Part shown: positions 1-9,369 of the stretch, piece after piece
How the letters are laid out: every line of letters begins with the position of its first letter
How positions within the stretch are numbered: position 1 is the stretch's first letter
IMG/VR virus record: IMGVR_UViG_3300027969_000040
From: a virus
Lineage: Duplodnaviria > Caudoviricetes
Direction: 5' to 3' (one strand)
DNA: 64,000 nt
Position numbers and translations under genes: made by a program
The notes under the pieces: model-generated
What the model was told of the DNA's origin: nothing
What the model saw: only the letters and a program-made list of their open reading frames with translations
Databases searched by the model: none

Positions 1-1606
1 ACTTAATTATCTTTTGTTTAATGTTTGATACGCCTTCCGCCACACCTTGCTGCGGTCCTGCTTTTTTGTCAGCGGCCGCAGACGTCATTGGCTCATCTGT
101 ATTACCGTTTTTATTCAAATCTAAAAAGTCTGGCTTAGCCTTTTTGCTTACAACTTTTAGTTCATTTAATTGTGCCATTAGTCTGCGTTCGATTTCGGCT
201 AATTTTTGTTGTTCTGCTAGGTTTCCAATTGCAACTGGTGCACCAACTGTTTGACTATGTTTTTTTCTATGCATATCGTTACCCGAATTGAATTGCACTT
301 CTGCACTTTGTGTAATTGGATATGGTTCGTTAGCATATTCGTCTAGTTCAATATCAACAACTTCTGGTTCCATTTCATGACTAGCACCACCATCAAGTAA
401 GCCAGAAAGTTTTAATATTTGAGCTAGTTCTTCTGCTGCTTGCCCTTGTGCAGATACAGTCAGCGACTTACTTCCGGTTTTGGTATCCATTGAACTGTTA
501 ATGTTCATACCAGTTTCTTCTGGCTGAGCCATCATTGCTTGGTCGTAGCATTCTTCTAGATTTTTGCTTTCGTTGGCGGCATGATGACGTTTCCATGCAG
601 TAGAATACAATGTCTTTAATCCTTTTTCTTCGCCATATTGTTTAATAAAGCGTTCCTTATTTGCTTTAACCCAGCCCTCTTGTCCTGGCGCTGTTACTTC
701 ATCAACTTGTTCTTCTGCCATTGCTTGATCAAATGATTCATTTAATCCGCGTGGACCAGCTGGGCCTTTGGGCATAGTAACTGGCTTTAGTCCGTTAAAA
801 TTGTTATTACCAATTCCGGCAAGTTTTTGTATCTGTCCTATTTCTCCAGAACGAACTTGATCTAACCCTAATGGGAAGTTACCTCCTCTTGCATTACTCT
901 TTCTCTTAATAGCAGGGATCATTACTGGATTAACAACACTACCACTTTCTTCAACTTCTTCTTCTTTCTCGCCGCCTTCGTTGGTCTTGGGAAAATTTGG
1001 ATTGTCCCATGCCTTCTTTTCTTGTCTATTTTTATACCAATCGGCTGCCTTTGTAATACCTTTACCAATTGTAGCGCCAATTGCTGCTCCACCTGCCGCT
1101 GCAAGAGTGCCCGCCATTGGATGTGATGCTAACTGATTTAGTGTATCAATATCAAATTCATCTAATTCTTTTTTTGCTGGTTCGTTTTGAGGTGCAAAAC
1201 GATTATCTTGATATTTTTTTAAAGCAGCACCTGTATGTATAGCTTCTTCTACATGATCGCCGTGGACTGGGCAATCCGTATCTTCTTTATCATCGGTGCA
1301 AGTACATTCGTCGGCTTCTTCTAATTTAGACTTTTTCTTCTTTTTCTTTTTGCCGTCTTCGTCTTGATCGCTATCATCGTCGGATTTATGTCCATCTTCG
1401 GAATCTTGATTACCATAGCTCGTACCTTTAACTCGGGTAACACCACTGGATTTTTCGTCTTTATCTTTGTAAGAACTACTAAACGGATCGTCGCGCTCTT
1501 CTTTTTTCTTGGCTACTTTATCTGCAATATCGTCGCCTTTGCCCTCACCTACAGCGGATGCCGATTCTATACTATCAATTTTTGCTATCATTTTTGCGAA
1601 ATTCAT
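1..1606 (-). CDS. Acidic, low-complexity internal head / prohead-core-like protein; partial, runs off the left edge (at least 535 codons)
   Basis: Absent from the ORF track because no stop lies in the window. I translated it by hand from ATG at 1606 (MNFAKMIAKIDSIE...), open to position 2. It is very E/D/K-rich, has many x-x-E sites (LEE, LDE, VEE, LNE, VDE), and carries the motifs WVKANKERFIKQYG and KPDFLDLNKNGNTDEPM. An AAGGA Shine-Dalgarno overlaps the end of the upstream gene. Confidence 0.7.
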   Translation of the reverse strand, partial: MNFAKMIAKIDSIESASAVGEGKGDDIADKVAKKKEERDDPFSSSYKDKDEKSSGVTRVKGTSYGNQDSEDGHKSDDDSDQDEDGKKKKKKKSKLEEADECTCTDDKEDTDCPVHGDHVEEAIHTGAALKKYQDNRFAPQNEPAKKELDEFDIDTLNQLASHPMAGTLAAAGGAAIGATIGKGITKAADWYKNRQEKKAWDNPNFPKTNEGGEKEEEVEESGSVVNPVMIPAIKRKSNARGGNFPLGLDQVRSGEIGQIQKLAGIGNNNFNGLKPVTMPKGPAGPRGLNESFDQAMAEEQVDEVTAPGQEGWVKANKERFIKQYGEEKGLKTLYSTAWKRHHAANESKNLEECYDQAMMAQPEETGMNINSSMDTKTGSKSLTVSAQGQAAEELAQILKLSGLLDGGASHEMEPEVVDIELDEYANEPYPITQSAEVQFNSGNDMHRKKHSQTVGAPVAIGNLAEQQKLAEIERRLMAQLNELKVVSKKAKPDFLDLNKNGNTDEPMTSAAADKKAGPQQGVAEGVSNIKQKIIK

Positions 1607-1608
1607 TA

Positions 1609-2190
1609 TTATTTTCCTTTACGTAGGTTAGGTATTGTGTTTTGCTTTGAACCAACCGGACTTGTATTGCCTTGATTGATTGCAGAAGATTTAGCCATCG
1701 GAGCGTCAGCAGCGAATTCATACTTACGGCTCTCTAATTCTTTTAGCATACTTTCTTTGCGTTTTTCACCAACCAATAGTTGAGCACCATCGTCTGATTC
1801 TAAATTGGGGTTGCTTAATACAGACCCATCTTTAGCTTTTTTTGGTTCTGGCATTGGCTCTGCGTTCTCGGCTTGTTTTTTAGTTCTTACTAAAACACGC
1901 TGACGGGGGATACCTAGCTTTTCGGCAACAACTTGTTGTAACTGATCAGTTACAACAGGATATTTAAGTGCTACATCAATCATATGGCACTCGCATGCAC
2001 CCTGACCCGGAAAATCTATGTGCTCTTGAATTGGCAAGCTCTTTGCTTTGCCAACGGTTTCGACAGCATAAATTTCCATAGCACTTTTTAATTTGCTTTG
2101 CATTTCGGTGTTATAATCACAGCCAGCAAGTTTAATATTAAACTCGTATAGCCGATTCATTTCTTGTAAATATTGGGTGAAAGGTTTCAT
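1609..2190 (-). CDS. Conserved phage protein with a capsid-targeting-like N-terminus (probable internal head protein)
   Basis: The N-terminus MKPFTQYLQE resembles the T4 internal-protein capsid targeting sequence MKTYQEFIAE. A perfect TATAAATA late promoter lies 22 nt upstream. Confidence 0.55.
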   Translation of the reverse strand: MKPFTQYLQEMNRLYEFNIKLAGCDYNTEMQSKLKSAMEIYAVETVGKAKSLPIQEHIDFPGQGACECHMIDVALKYPVVTDQLQQVVAEKLGIPRQRVLVRTKKQAENAEPMPEPKKAKDGSVLSNPNLESDDGAQLLVGEKRKESMLKELESRKYEFAADAPMAKSSAINQGNTSPVGSKQNTIPNLRKGK

Positions 2191-2211
2191 TGGAAAGATC
2201 CTAATATAGAG

Positions 2212-2219
2212 TATTTATA
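2212..2219 (-). promoter_or_regulatory. T4-type late promoter TATAAATA
   Basis: Exact T4 gp55 consensus on the minus strand, followed by an AGGA Shine-Dalgarno and the ATG at 2190. Confidence 0.8.
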
Positions 2220-2738
2220 TCATTTGACAGACTTTGCTGCCTTGGATGATTCTAAAATTTGTGCCAACAACTGATTACGATCTATTACTGTAGCTTGTCC
2301 ATCAATTGTGGGCAATCTAGGATCAGAATTTTTACTGTCAGATGCTTGGTCTAATCTCATTTTTTTCAATTGTAGATCTATCATTCTTAGTTTTTTATCA
2401 ATTTTTGCTTGTTTAGCTGTAATTGCATGCCCTAAGAGCACGCCAGCTGTTTGTAATATTGTGCCGCTAAACCTGGCTTCAACGTTCATCCCTAAGCTCA
2501 TTAGGTCTTCGAATTTTTCTCTAGCTATATTGCTGAGTTCATCTAACTCGTCGTCGGCGCTATCCAAATCTGATACTTGCGGTAATGCTGCATCAATCTT
2601 ATCAATAATATCATTAGCACGGACAAGTTCTGCTTGATTGTTATCAATTATAGATTTTGCAGTATTGATATGAATTTCGGGTTGTTCTATTTGCTCATCG
2701 GCAGGCAAATTGAATAGTTCTTCTAAACGTTTAGTAAT
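2220..2738 (-). CDS. Putative terminase small subunit-like helical protein; start probably ATT at 2738 (track uses TTG at 2708)
   Basis: About 170 aa, acidic and helical with a central coiled coil (DELDELSNIAREKFEDLMSLG...AKQAKIDKKL), loosely like T4 gp16, and next to the head completion gene. The frame is open upstream to a TAA at 2760-2762, and AGGGGA lies 6 nt before ATT. Confidence 0.45.
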   Translation of the reverse strand: MTKRLEELFNLPADEQIEQPEIHINTAKSIIDNNQAELVRANDIIDKIDAALPQVSDLDSADDELDELSNIAREKFEDLMSLGMNVEARFSGTILQTAGVLLGHAITAKQAKIDKKLRMIDLQLKKMRLDQASDSKNSDPRLPTIDGQATVIDRNQLLAQILESSKAAKSVK

Positions 2739-2756
2739 TTTATTTCCCCTTTTTGT

Positions 2757-2762
2757 TATTTA
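2757..2762 (-). promoter_or_regulatory. Late promoter core TAAATA (AATAAATAAC)
   Basis: Intergenic, directly upstream of the putative TerS ribosome-binding site. Confidence 0.55.
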
Positions 2763-2765
2763 TTT

Positions 2766-3197
2766 TTAACGTCGGGTACCGGTGTAAATGTCGTGTTCTG
2801 TTACAATACGAAATACCATTCCACTATTAGCGCAAAATGCACGGGCAGCAGCCCACTTGGCCATGTTTAATGCAACTGCTGCCTTATCTCTAACACTTTT
2901 AGCACTCTCAAAGTTAGTTTCCTTCATTGGTTTAACTTCGACCACCTCGGCATGTTTTTTCTGCGACTTGTCTACATAAATCATTAGAAAGTCTGGTACA
3001 TAGATAGTATTTTTTCCTGTTAACGGATTTCTATAAGGAATCATAAATGGTTCACTTGCCCATTGTATTACCGCAGGATTGTTATCACAGAATGTACAAA
3101 AAGAAAACTCCCACGAACTACGATAAGTAGGAGTTTTCTTTCCTATGTATTTTTCTATATTTTTTATTTGGTACTTACCTTGCGCATATTTGCTCAT
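2766..3197 (-). CDS. gp4: Head completion nuclease (T4 gp4-like, TnsA/PD-(D/E)xK fold)
   Basis: Motifs YRSSWE, WASEP..IPY, YVPDF, EVKP and N..KW.AA..FC are characteristic of T4 gp4 homologues. Confidence 0.9.
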   Translation of the reverse strand: MSKYAQGKYQIKNIEKYIGKKTPTYRSSWEFSFCTFCDNNPAVIQWASEPFMIPYRNPLTGKNTIYVPDFLMIYVDKSQKKHAEVVEVKPMKETNFESAKSVRDKAAVALNMAKWAAARAFCANSGMVFRIVTEHDIYTGTRR

Positions 3198-3559
3198 GGA
3201 AGTATCATTCTTTTTACGTATTTACTAACCCTAGGTGAATTTTTTACACCTAAAAAACTTGTTCCTACTCTATTTAAGTTTAAAAACATTGTTATGTATG
3301 CGTTTAGTTCAAAATCATCCATTTTAGTAAAGTCGGATAACACAGCCATTGGATCCAATCGTTGTGCTATACTTGTGTATATAACCGAACTAGCTAAAAT
3401 TTTTGCTGCTTGTTTATTACTACATATTTGTTCAAAGAATCCCAATACAGCATCATCAATATTTTGTGATACTGTAAATCCTGGTTGGAAGAAATTATTA
3501 AAGAACGTCGATGTTGTTGTATTTCCCGACAACGCCGATTGGGTTAAATTATTTGCCAT
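3194..3559 (-). CDS. Hypothetical protein in the head-completion operon
   Basis: 121-aa ORF overlapping the gp4 start by 4 nt; no recognisable family motif. Confidence 0.6.
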   Translation of the reverse strand: MANNLTQSALSGNTTTSTFFNNFFQPGFTVSQNIDDAVLGFFEQICSNKQAAKILASSVIYTSIAQRLDPMAVLSDFTKMDDFELNAYITMFLNLNRVGTSFLGVKNSPRVSKYVKRMILP

Positions 3560-3563
3560 ATTT

Positions 3564-5087
3564 TTATTTGATTAAATCTTTTTCTGCTTTTGCTGCCGCA
3601 AGTTGTTGCGTAACTTTGACTAACTCGTCTGTTTTTTTTGTTTTTTCTGCGGTGGCTTTGTCTTTAATGTTGGTTTGTAATTTTATATTTCTTTCTAGTT
3701 GTGCCAATAATGTTGCTTTAGTTGGATTTGTATCTGGTAATGCGTTTGCCGCTGCAAGTTTTGAACTAAGTGCTGCCAATGATGCGGTTGAGTTTTTTAA
3801 TTGTGAATCAGCTCTAGCGGCAGCATCGCTTACGTTTTTTTGCTGTCCTGTTAATGATGAAATTCTACTATCCATTGATCTTTTTTGTGCTGGTACATTT
3901 ACACGTCTCTGATTTGATGATGCTCTTTTAAACAATTCATCGTTTACTATTTTCATTGTTTTTGTCACGGCTATTTGTGCCAATGCTCTACCAATACTAT
4001 TTCTAGGAAACACTCTTGTAAAACTATTCAACTGCCCTCCTACAATTGATTTTAATCCGCGCTTTAAATCAACTTCGGTTGGTAACGGATTTTGCCCATT
4101 AATTAGTTTTATTATACTATTTTTTACATTTATTCCACCAAACGGTGTTGATATCATACCATTACTATTTAATATACTAGGTATAAAAGTATTAATGTTA
4201 GGATTTCCCTGTCTCAATGCACGAGTTACAGCAGTGTTTAAATCATTGGGTAATGCATTCTTTAATGATCCGCTTCTCAATGCGTTTAATCCTACCATAC
4301 TAGCAAACATATTATTACCAAATATACCCGAATTAGTTGCTCTTGGTATGAATGAATTAAACAGACTGTTTCCACTAGGAACTCTATAACCAGTTTTACT
4401 TCTAATAGGACTAGATGTTGTATCGTAGTGTAATGTTGCAATTCCTTTAGGGGTGTCGCCAATGCGTGTGGTGCCAGATTGATATATAACTGCTTCGTAC
4501 TCAACAGTCATTTCATGCTTCATAGTTTCATTTTCTCCCTGTTGATGCAGCCCGTGTCTGAAACTTTTAATAACAGGATTAACTAGTATATATTCGCTGA
4601 ATTGTTTTTTATGCAAACTATAAATTCGAATAGCTTTTAAGAAAGGCATTGAGTTGACAGGAGATAAACCAAAATCTGTAATCTGTTGGTTACTATATTT
4701 TTGTGCCATCCCGTCTTGAGTTAATTCATAATCACTGTCTCTATAATAATATTTAAAATATTTTTCCCAAAAATTTCTAACTACATTAGAACTATCGTCG
4801 TTGAATACTATAGTAACAGGATCGTATTTTACTTTACTTTGTACAATCGAAGCTCTGTTATATGTATTAAAAGTTTTTGTCTCCATTGTATATTTTGGTA
4901 AGTCGGCCGATTTTACCAACATACCAAGTTCGGCTGTTGCAAGAGGGTTGCTCCGATCTCCACCACCTGCTCCAGTGTTTATATCAATGAATACGTGGAA
5001 TAAAAATCCAAATTTTGGAAGTAATCTATATCCATCTCCTACATACAATTGACTTGCATGTTTATAGTCTTTTAATATTGCAGACAT
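3564..5087 (-). CDS. Tail-tube-fold protein (gp19/gp48/gp54-like) with a long low-complexity and coiled-coil C-terminal extension
   Basis: The N-terminal ~200 aa carry tube-family motifs (VKSADLPKYT, KYDPVTIVFNDD, YILVNPVI..F, MTVEYE). The start is moved to MSAIL at 5087 because the track's extension crosses a terminator and a promoter. Confidence 0.7.
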   Translation of the reverse strand: MSAILKDYKHASQLYVGDGYRLLPKFGFLFHVFIDINTGAGGGDRSNPLATAELGMLVKSADLPKYTMETKTFNTYNRASIVQSKVKYDPVTIVFNDDSSNVVRNFWEKYFKYYYRDSDYELTQDGMAQKYSNQQITDFGLSPVNSMPFLKAIRIYSLHKKQFSEYILVNPVIKSFRHGLHQQGENETMKHEMTVEYEAVIYQSGTTRIGDTPKGIATLHYDTTSSPIRSKTGYRVPSGNSLFNSFIPRATNSGIFGNNMFASMVGLNALRSGSLKNALPNDLNTAVTRALRQGNPNINTFIPSILNSNGMISTPFGGINVKNSIIKLINGQNPLPTEVDLKRGLKSIVGGQLNSFTRVFPRNSIGRALAQIAVTKTMKIVNDELFKRASSNQRRVNVPAQKRSMDSRISSLTGQQKNVSDAAARADSQLKNSTASLAALSSKLAAANALPDTNPTKATLLAQLERNIKLQTNIKDKATAEKTKKTDELVKVTQQLAAAKAEKDLIK

Positions 5088-5107
5088 AAATGTACCTATT
5101 TTAATAA

Positions 5108-5113
5108 TATTTA
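5108..5113 (-). promoter_or_regulatory. Late promoter core TAAATA (GATAAATA)
   Basis: Lies between the terminator at 5121-5148 and the ATG at 5087. Confidence 0.65.
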
Positions 5114-5120
5114 TCTCATA

Positions 5121-5148
5121 AAAAAAGGATCCTAAGGATCCTTTTTTT
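5121..5148. terminator. Bidirectional intrinsic terminator after the tail tube gene
   Basis: AAAAAAGGATCC-TAA-GGATCCTTTTTTT: perfect inverted repeat with A and T tracts on both sides. Confidence 0.8.
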
Positions 5149-5166
5149 GTTACTTTAGTATTACTT

Positions 5167-5790
5167 TTAAGCAGATACACCAGTAATCATATCACCTTGG
5201 TTTCGTCCAACTGGTGTACCAACACCTTCACCAGATTCTTGCAATGCATTATCAAAGCGTATACCCAATTGAATTTGTACAACTTCGTTATTGGCATAGT
5301 TAACTTCTTGGTAGTTTGCTTCATGTATGAAACAACCATATAGTTCCCAAGTTTCTAATACTGCCGGTTCGTCTGCTCCGTTACCACCGTCTAGCATTTC
5401 TAAACGAGTGATAAATTTATAATCACTACCGCTTGCAGCAGAACTTTGCTCCATAAAGTCGAATTGCTTTTGCAACTGTTCGCCGACTAATCTGCTGACA
5501 TTGCCAGCTGCATCATCACGTAATGTAACCGATGTGTCTGCCCAGGTTGGTTTACCTGCTAATCTAACCAAGCTGTTGTAAACATGAACATCAATGTCGC
5601 CGAAGCTAACCGATGGTCTAGCAAATGACATTACTTGTTTAGTTAACTCTACTTTTTCTGGACTAACTCCAAAACTTTCAAAGCTAACTCTAAAACGATA
5701 TTGCAATTTGGGCATTAATAGGCCCTGTGTACTAGAACTGCTACTAGTGTTTAATGGTACTGTAAATCTTGTAAGCGATGCAACCGACAT
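5167..5790 (-). CDS. gp19: Tail tube protein (T4 gp19-like)
   Basis: Motifs LLMPKLQYRFRV, KPTW.D..VTLRDD and WELYGCF...NY; lies directly downstream of the sheath gene; AGGAGA Shine-Dalgarno. Confidence 0.9.
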   Translation of the reverse strand: MSVASLTRFTVPLNTSSSSSTQGLLMPKLQYRFRVSFESFGVSPEKVELTKQVMSFARPSVSFGDIDVHVYNSLVRLAGKPTWADTSVTLRDDAAGNVSRLVGEQLQKQFDFMEQSSAASGSDYKFITRLEMLDGGNGADEPAVLETWELYGCFIHEANYQEVNYANNEVVQIQLGIRFDNALQESGEGVGTPVGRNQGDMITGVSA

Positions 5791-5815
5791 ACTATTCTCC
5801 TAATTCTTATAAAAA

Positions 5816-5821
5816 TATTTA
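5816..5821 (-). promoter_or_regulatory. Late promoter core TAAATA (CATAAATA)
   Basis: 26 nt upstream of the tube gene ATG, with a Shine-Dalgarno in between. Confidence 0.65.
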
Positions 5822-5892
5822 TGACATTTCGAACAAAAAACTTTTGGTTAAAAATGCCATTAACACTAGCTTTAATGAAATAATTAAATTTA

Positions 5893-5921
5893 CAAAACAG
5901 GTGCATTATACACCTGTTTTG
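5893..5921. terminator. Intrinsic terminator after the tail sheath gene
   Basis: CAAAACAGGTG-CATTATA-CACCTGTTTTG: 11-bp perfect stem with a T-run, 10 nt after the sheath stop. Confidence 0.75.
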
Positions 5922-5930
5922 ATTAAAATA

Positions 5931-8900
5931 TTACTTCAATCCACTGATTGATCCAGGATTTTTAAGTCTAATTGGAATATAAATAAACTCAACATCCTTC
6001 ATTGGTTCAATTGCAACATCAACATACAACTCATTACGAGCAATACGATCTGCTGTATTATTGCTTGTATCGCATACTACTAAGTAGTCATACAATCCAC
6101 GTTTTCCAATTAAATCATTTAGAACACTTTCAACTAATTGCTTAACTTGATCGCGTACAATTTTATCATTTGGTTCAAACAAGAAACTATTAGCAACACC
6201 GCGCAATACTGTACGTAAGTAGTTAACTAAACGTGCCACATTAACACGATCCATTGCGCTACCACCGCCACCAACAGATGGAGCACGAGTCTTTTGACCA
6301 TATGCTACAATGCCGGCGCCTTGTAATTGTGTAATAGGGTTGAGTCTCTTTTCGTATAAAGTATCTCTTAACTGAGTACTAATACCTGCACGAATAAACA
6401 ATCCACTTGTTGCATCAAGATAACCAATTGCAGTAACATTATCCACTAAACCGCGGCGTGTACCAGCTGGTGCAAACCATTGATAGCTTAAATTATCACT
6501 ATGCAAGAATGTACGTAGCATCATGTGACTTGCGGGCACCGCTATTTCATTGCCTGACAAATCAGTGCTCAATGCGCTAGGATAGTACACACCCAAGTAC
6601 GGATCTGCTGTTGTTTGTGCTGCATCGTACTTGGTGATATCATTTAGATTAGCTGCCAATGTCATTGGAGTGTCACCAATAACGAAACCAGTATTAGCAC
6701 GATCGTTATTTAATGATACTAAGTTAACAATCAACTCAGGATAACCCGGGCATGTTAACAGATTGTATCCGTATGCTTCTTCTCTAAGATCATTACTACC
6801 GTCAACTGCTGCCTTCAATGCTGCAACCACAACGCTACGTTGTGCTTTGTGACCCATCATTGGAGAACCATCTTCGTTTAGACTAATTTGAGATACCCAA
6901 GTTGATGTTACATCCGGTAAATCACCTTCTGTGACATTAAATGAATTTGTATTAAAGTAGTCTTGGACAAACTTTTTAACAATATACCCACCGCGTCTTG
7001 TATTAAACAATAAGGTACCACGTGGATATAATCTGTAATCTGGTGCATCTAAGTCGGTATAATTTGAAGTTAACAATGATTTTGTAGTTGGTAGAGTACC
7101 AGTTACAGTGTCAGCTGTACCAGCATCGTCCCAACGTGCATCTCCAAAGATTATACCGTTTGAACTTGTATGATCGGTTTTGTCAATTGCGACCCAAGTC
7201 GATCCGTTATATCTATTCAATTTTGGATAATTTTCTAAATCACCAGTATCCAACCATAAGTCGCCAGGAGCCAATCCTGCATTATTACTTTGTGAAGTTG
7301 GTTTTGATGGAGTTACGATAACCCCATTAGGATCGGTTGCTGTTAAATCGTAACCGCGACCATCGCGAACTACATTTTGATAACCTTTCCATCCGTCCGA
7401 TCCACAAATCATTATATCAACCGCAGTTGCATCATCATAATACCAATATGTACCATTTGCAGGTGCAGTAGATGGTTCAGTTGAACTGAATGTATAAACA
7501 GCAGGTCTCCAATTTGTTAAATTAATTGTACTAGATACAATATTAGAAACTACACCTTCTGTTGAAGTTGTAAATCCAGCTGTTGATATTGGATTGCCGC
7601 CGCCTGTGGTGTTTACTAAACTAATAATACCACCAGCACGATGTGTAATAGAAATTGCACCATTTGCTTCAACTGTTGCCGAAACATCATCGTTGCCTGC
7701 TGCTAAAATAGACGCAACAAAATCACTAGGAGAAGCACCAGGTAAAGTACATGAATATGTACTAGGTGTTTCGCTACCGGTCACAGATACTATCATGTCA
7801 AATGTATGACCACTTGTAAAAGCAAGTGCTCCTGGGATAGTAGATCCTGTAACTTTAGTTGCACCTTTTTTACTTAGTGTATAAATGGTATAACTACCAA
7901 GACCGTTATTTTGCGAATCGGTCTTAACAAAGAATGTACCGGCTGCAATATTAACGCCGCCACCAATACGGTCCAGAGTAGCTAATACTGAATATGCACT
8001 AGGCTGTAAAGGTGCTATAACCGATTTCCATGATTCCGAAGCAGAGCTATATTTTTTAATAGTAAAATTAGCACCATTGCCTTGTTGAGATGTTTTAATC
8101 CATACACTCTTACTAGGACGAGCAATAGGATCAAATACAGTCCATTCCGGAACTTGCGCAAATGTTGCATACTCAACTGTTGCACGACCGTATGTATATG
8201 AGTCAATACCAATTGAACTTAAATTGTTTAAGACCAGTGGTTGTGCAATTGCTCCTGTATCTGTCCCAACATTAGTTGCTACAAATTCAGTAGTTGCAGC
8301 ACTATCAGCCGCTCCACATACTGTCCAATCTTGGGCGCCAGGTGTAAGAATTTTGTATCTTACACCAACAACCAATTGAGTAGAGTTAACATTTGCAATG
8401 GTCGAATCATCAATGGTGATAACACCAACACTGTTACCATCGTTAGATGTAGACGCGGCAGTTGTTCCAACTCTAGCATATAATGCTAATCGTCCACTCA
8501 CAAGGCTTGCTGTAATAGAAGTATTGCCAGACCAAGTAAGAACTTCAGAATTAATGAAATCTCTAAGATCCGACATAGTAGTAATATGGGCGCTAAAGAT
8601 AATTTCGTCGCCGTTGCCATCAAAATTAATTTTTACTCTGCTTCCCTTAGGAATATCAACCGTCGAGGTAGTGCTTGTGACCACAGGTACCGTATCTGCC
8701 CACGCAGAACTTCCTACTTGTTTCCATGTGTTGTCAGCAGCTTTATAAAATATATAATTATTATTTGAAAATACATCAACTGCATATGAACCAATTGTTC
8801 CAATTGATGATTTTGGAACAATTGATGCCGATACTGTTTGTGTCGAAGAAGTAATTAAAATTGGAGTTTTTGCTTCAAATGTATCGTTATCTGCTATATA

Positions 8901-9338
8901 TTCCCAAATACCAAAGTTACTAGTAGAAGTGTCTAACCAAACTGTGCCGTCTGCACTTTCGCCCTGCGGACGAATCGAAGTTCCTACTAAAGCGTTAAGG
9001 TCAATATCGGCACGCATTGCCCAGACACGGTTTCCCAAGCCCATAGCACTGTATGCTGCCATAACTCCATATTCATTTAACTCATGTCCGTGTAACGCAG
9101 TATCCGCGGTGCTTCTGCGGAAAATAGGATATCCAAATGTATTCGCTAATTCGCGTTGACTGCTAATACCGTATAATTTTCCTGCATTACTTTTTAAAGT
9201 TCCTGGTGCAATTTTGCCGCTGAGTGTTTTATTTTCAGCTGTAGCAAAAACTACAAAAGGTATTGTGCCTACTCCGGTGGGTAGGTATGCGCTCTCGTCA
9301 ATAATCGAGATTTCTAAGCCTGGTGATACTAATGCCAT
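5931..9338 (-). CDS. gp18: Contractile tail sheath protein, enlarged (1135 aa)
   Basis: N-terminal LVSPG.EISIIDES; C-terminal WFAPAGTRRG, NPI, RVNVARL, FLFEPND, YLVVCDTSNNT.DRI.RNELYVD.AI.P.K..EFIYIP; all are sheath-family signatures. Confidence 0.95.
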   Translation of the reverse strand: MALVSPGLEISIIDESAYLPTGVGTIPFVVFATAENKTLSGKIAPGTLKSNAGKLYGISSQRELANTFGYPIFRRSTADTALHGHELNEYGVMAAYSAMGLGNRVWAMRADIDLNALVGTSIRPQGESADGTVWLDTSTSNFGIWEYIADNDTFEAKTPILITSSTQTVSASIVPKSSIGTIGSYAVDVFSNNNYIFYKAADNTWKQVGSSAWADTVPVVTSTTSTVDIPKGSRVKINFDGNGDEIIFSAHITTMSDLRDFINSEVLTWSGNTSITASLVSGRLALYARVGTTAASTSNDGNSVGVITIDDSTIANVNSTQLVVGVRYKILTPGAQDWTVCGAADSAATTEFVATNVGTDTGAIAQPLVLNNLSSIGIDSYTYGRATVEYATFAQVPEWTVFDPIARPSKSVWIKTSQQGNGANFTIKKYSSASESWKSVIAPLQPSAYSVLATLDRIGGGVNIAAGTFFVKTDSQNNGLGSYTIYTLSKKGATKVTGSTIPGALAFTSGHTFDMIVSVTGSETPSTYSCTLPGASPSDFVASILAAGNDDVSATVEANGAISITHRAGGIISLVNTTGGGNPISTAGFTTSTEGVVSNIVSSTINLTNWRPAVYTFSSTEPSTAPANGTYWYYDDATAVDIMICGSDGWKGYQNVVRDGRGYDLTATDPNGVIVTPSKPTSQSNNAGLAPGDLWLDTGDLENYPKLNRYNGSTWVAIDKTDHTSSNGIIFGDARWDDAGTADTVTGTLPTTKSLLTSNYTDLDAPDYRLYPRGTLLFNTRRGGYIVKKFVQDYFNTNSFNVTEGDLPDVTSTWVSQISLNEDGSPMMGHKAQRSVVVAALKAAVDGSNDLREEAYGYNLLTCPGYPELIVNLVSLNNDRANTGFVIGDTPMTLAANLNDITKYDAAQTTADPYLGVYYPSALSTDLSGNEIAVPASHMMLRTFLHSDNLSYQWFAPAGTRRGLVDNVTAIGYLDATSGLFIRAGISTQLRDTLYEKRLNPITQLQGAGIVAYGQKTRAPSVGGGGSAMDRVNVARLVNYLRTVLRGVANSFLFEPNDKIVRDQVKQLVESVLNDLIGKRGLYDYLVVCDTSNNTADRIARNELYVDVAIEPMKDVEFIYIPIRLKNPGSISGLK

Positions 9339-9369
9339 GATATTCGTCCTTTGTAAACGTTGTTGTAGT

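Noticed and set aside
21-1675. Track ORFs 21-254, 922-1104 and 1364-1675
   Set aside because: They are overlapped by the long minus-strand ORF 1-1606 and are its antisense or off-frame shadows.
5088-5180. N-terminal extension of the 538-aa ORF in the track
   Set aside because: It spans the terminator hairpin and a late promoter and overlaps the tube gene; MSAIL at 5087 is the better start.
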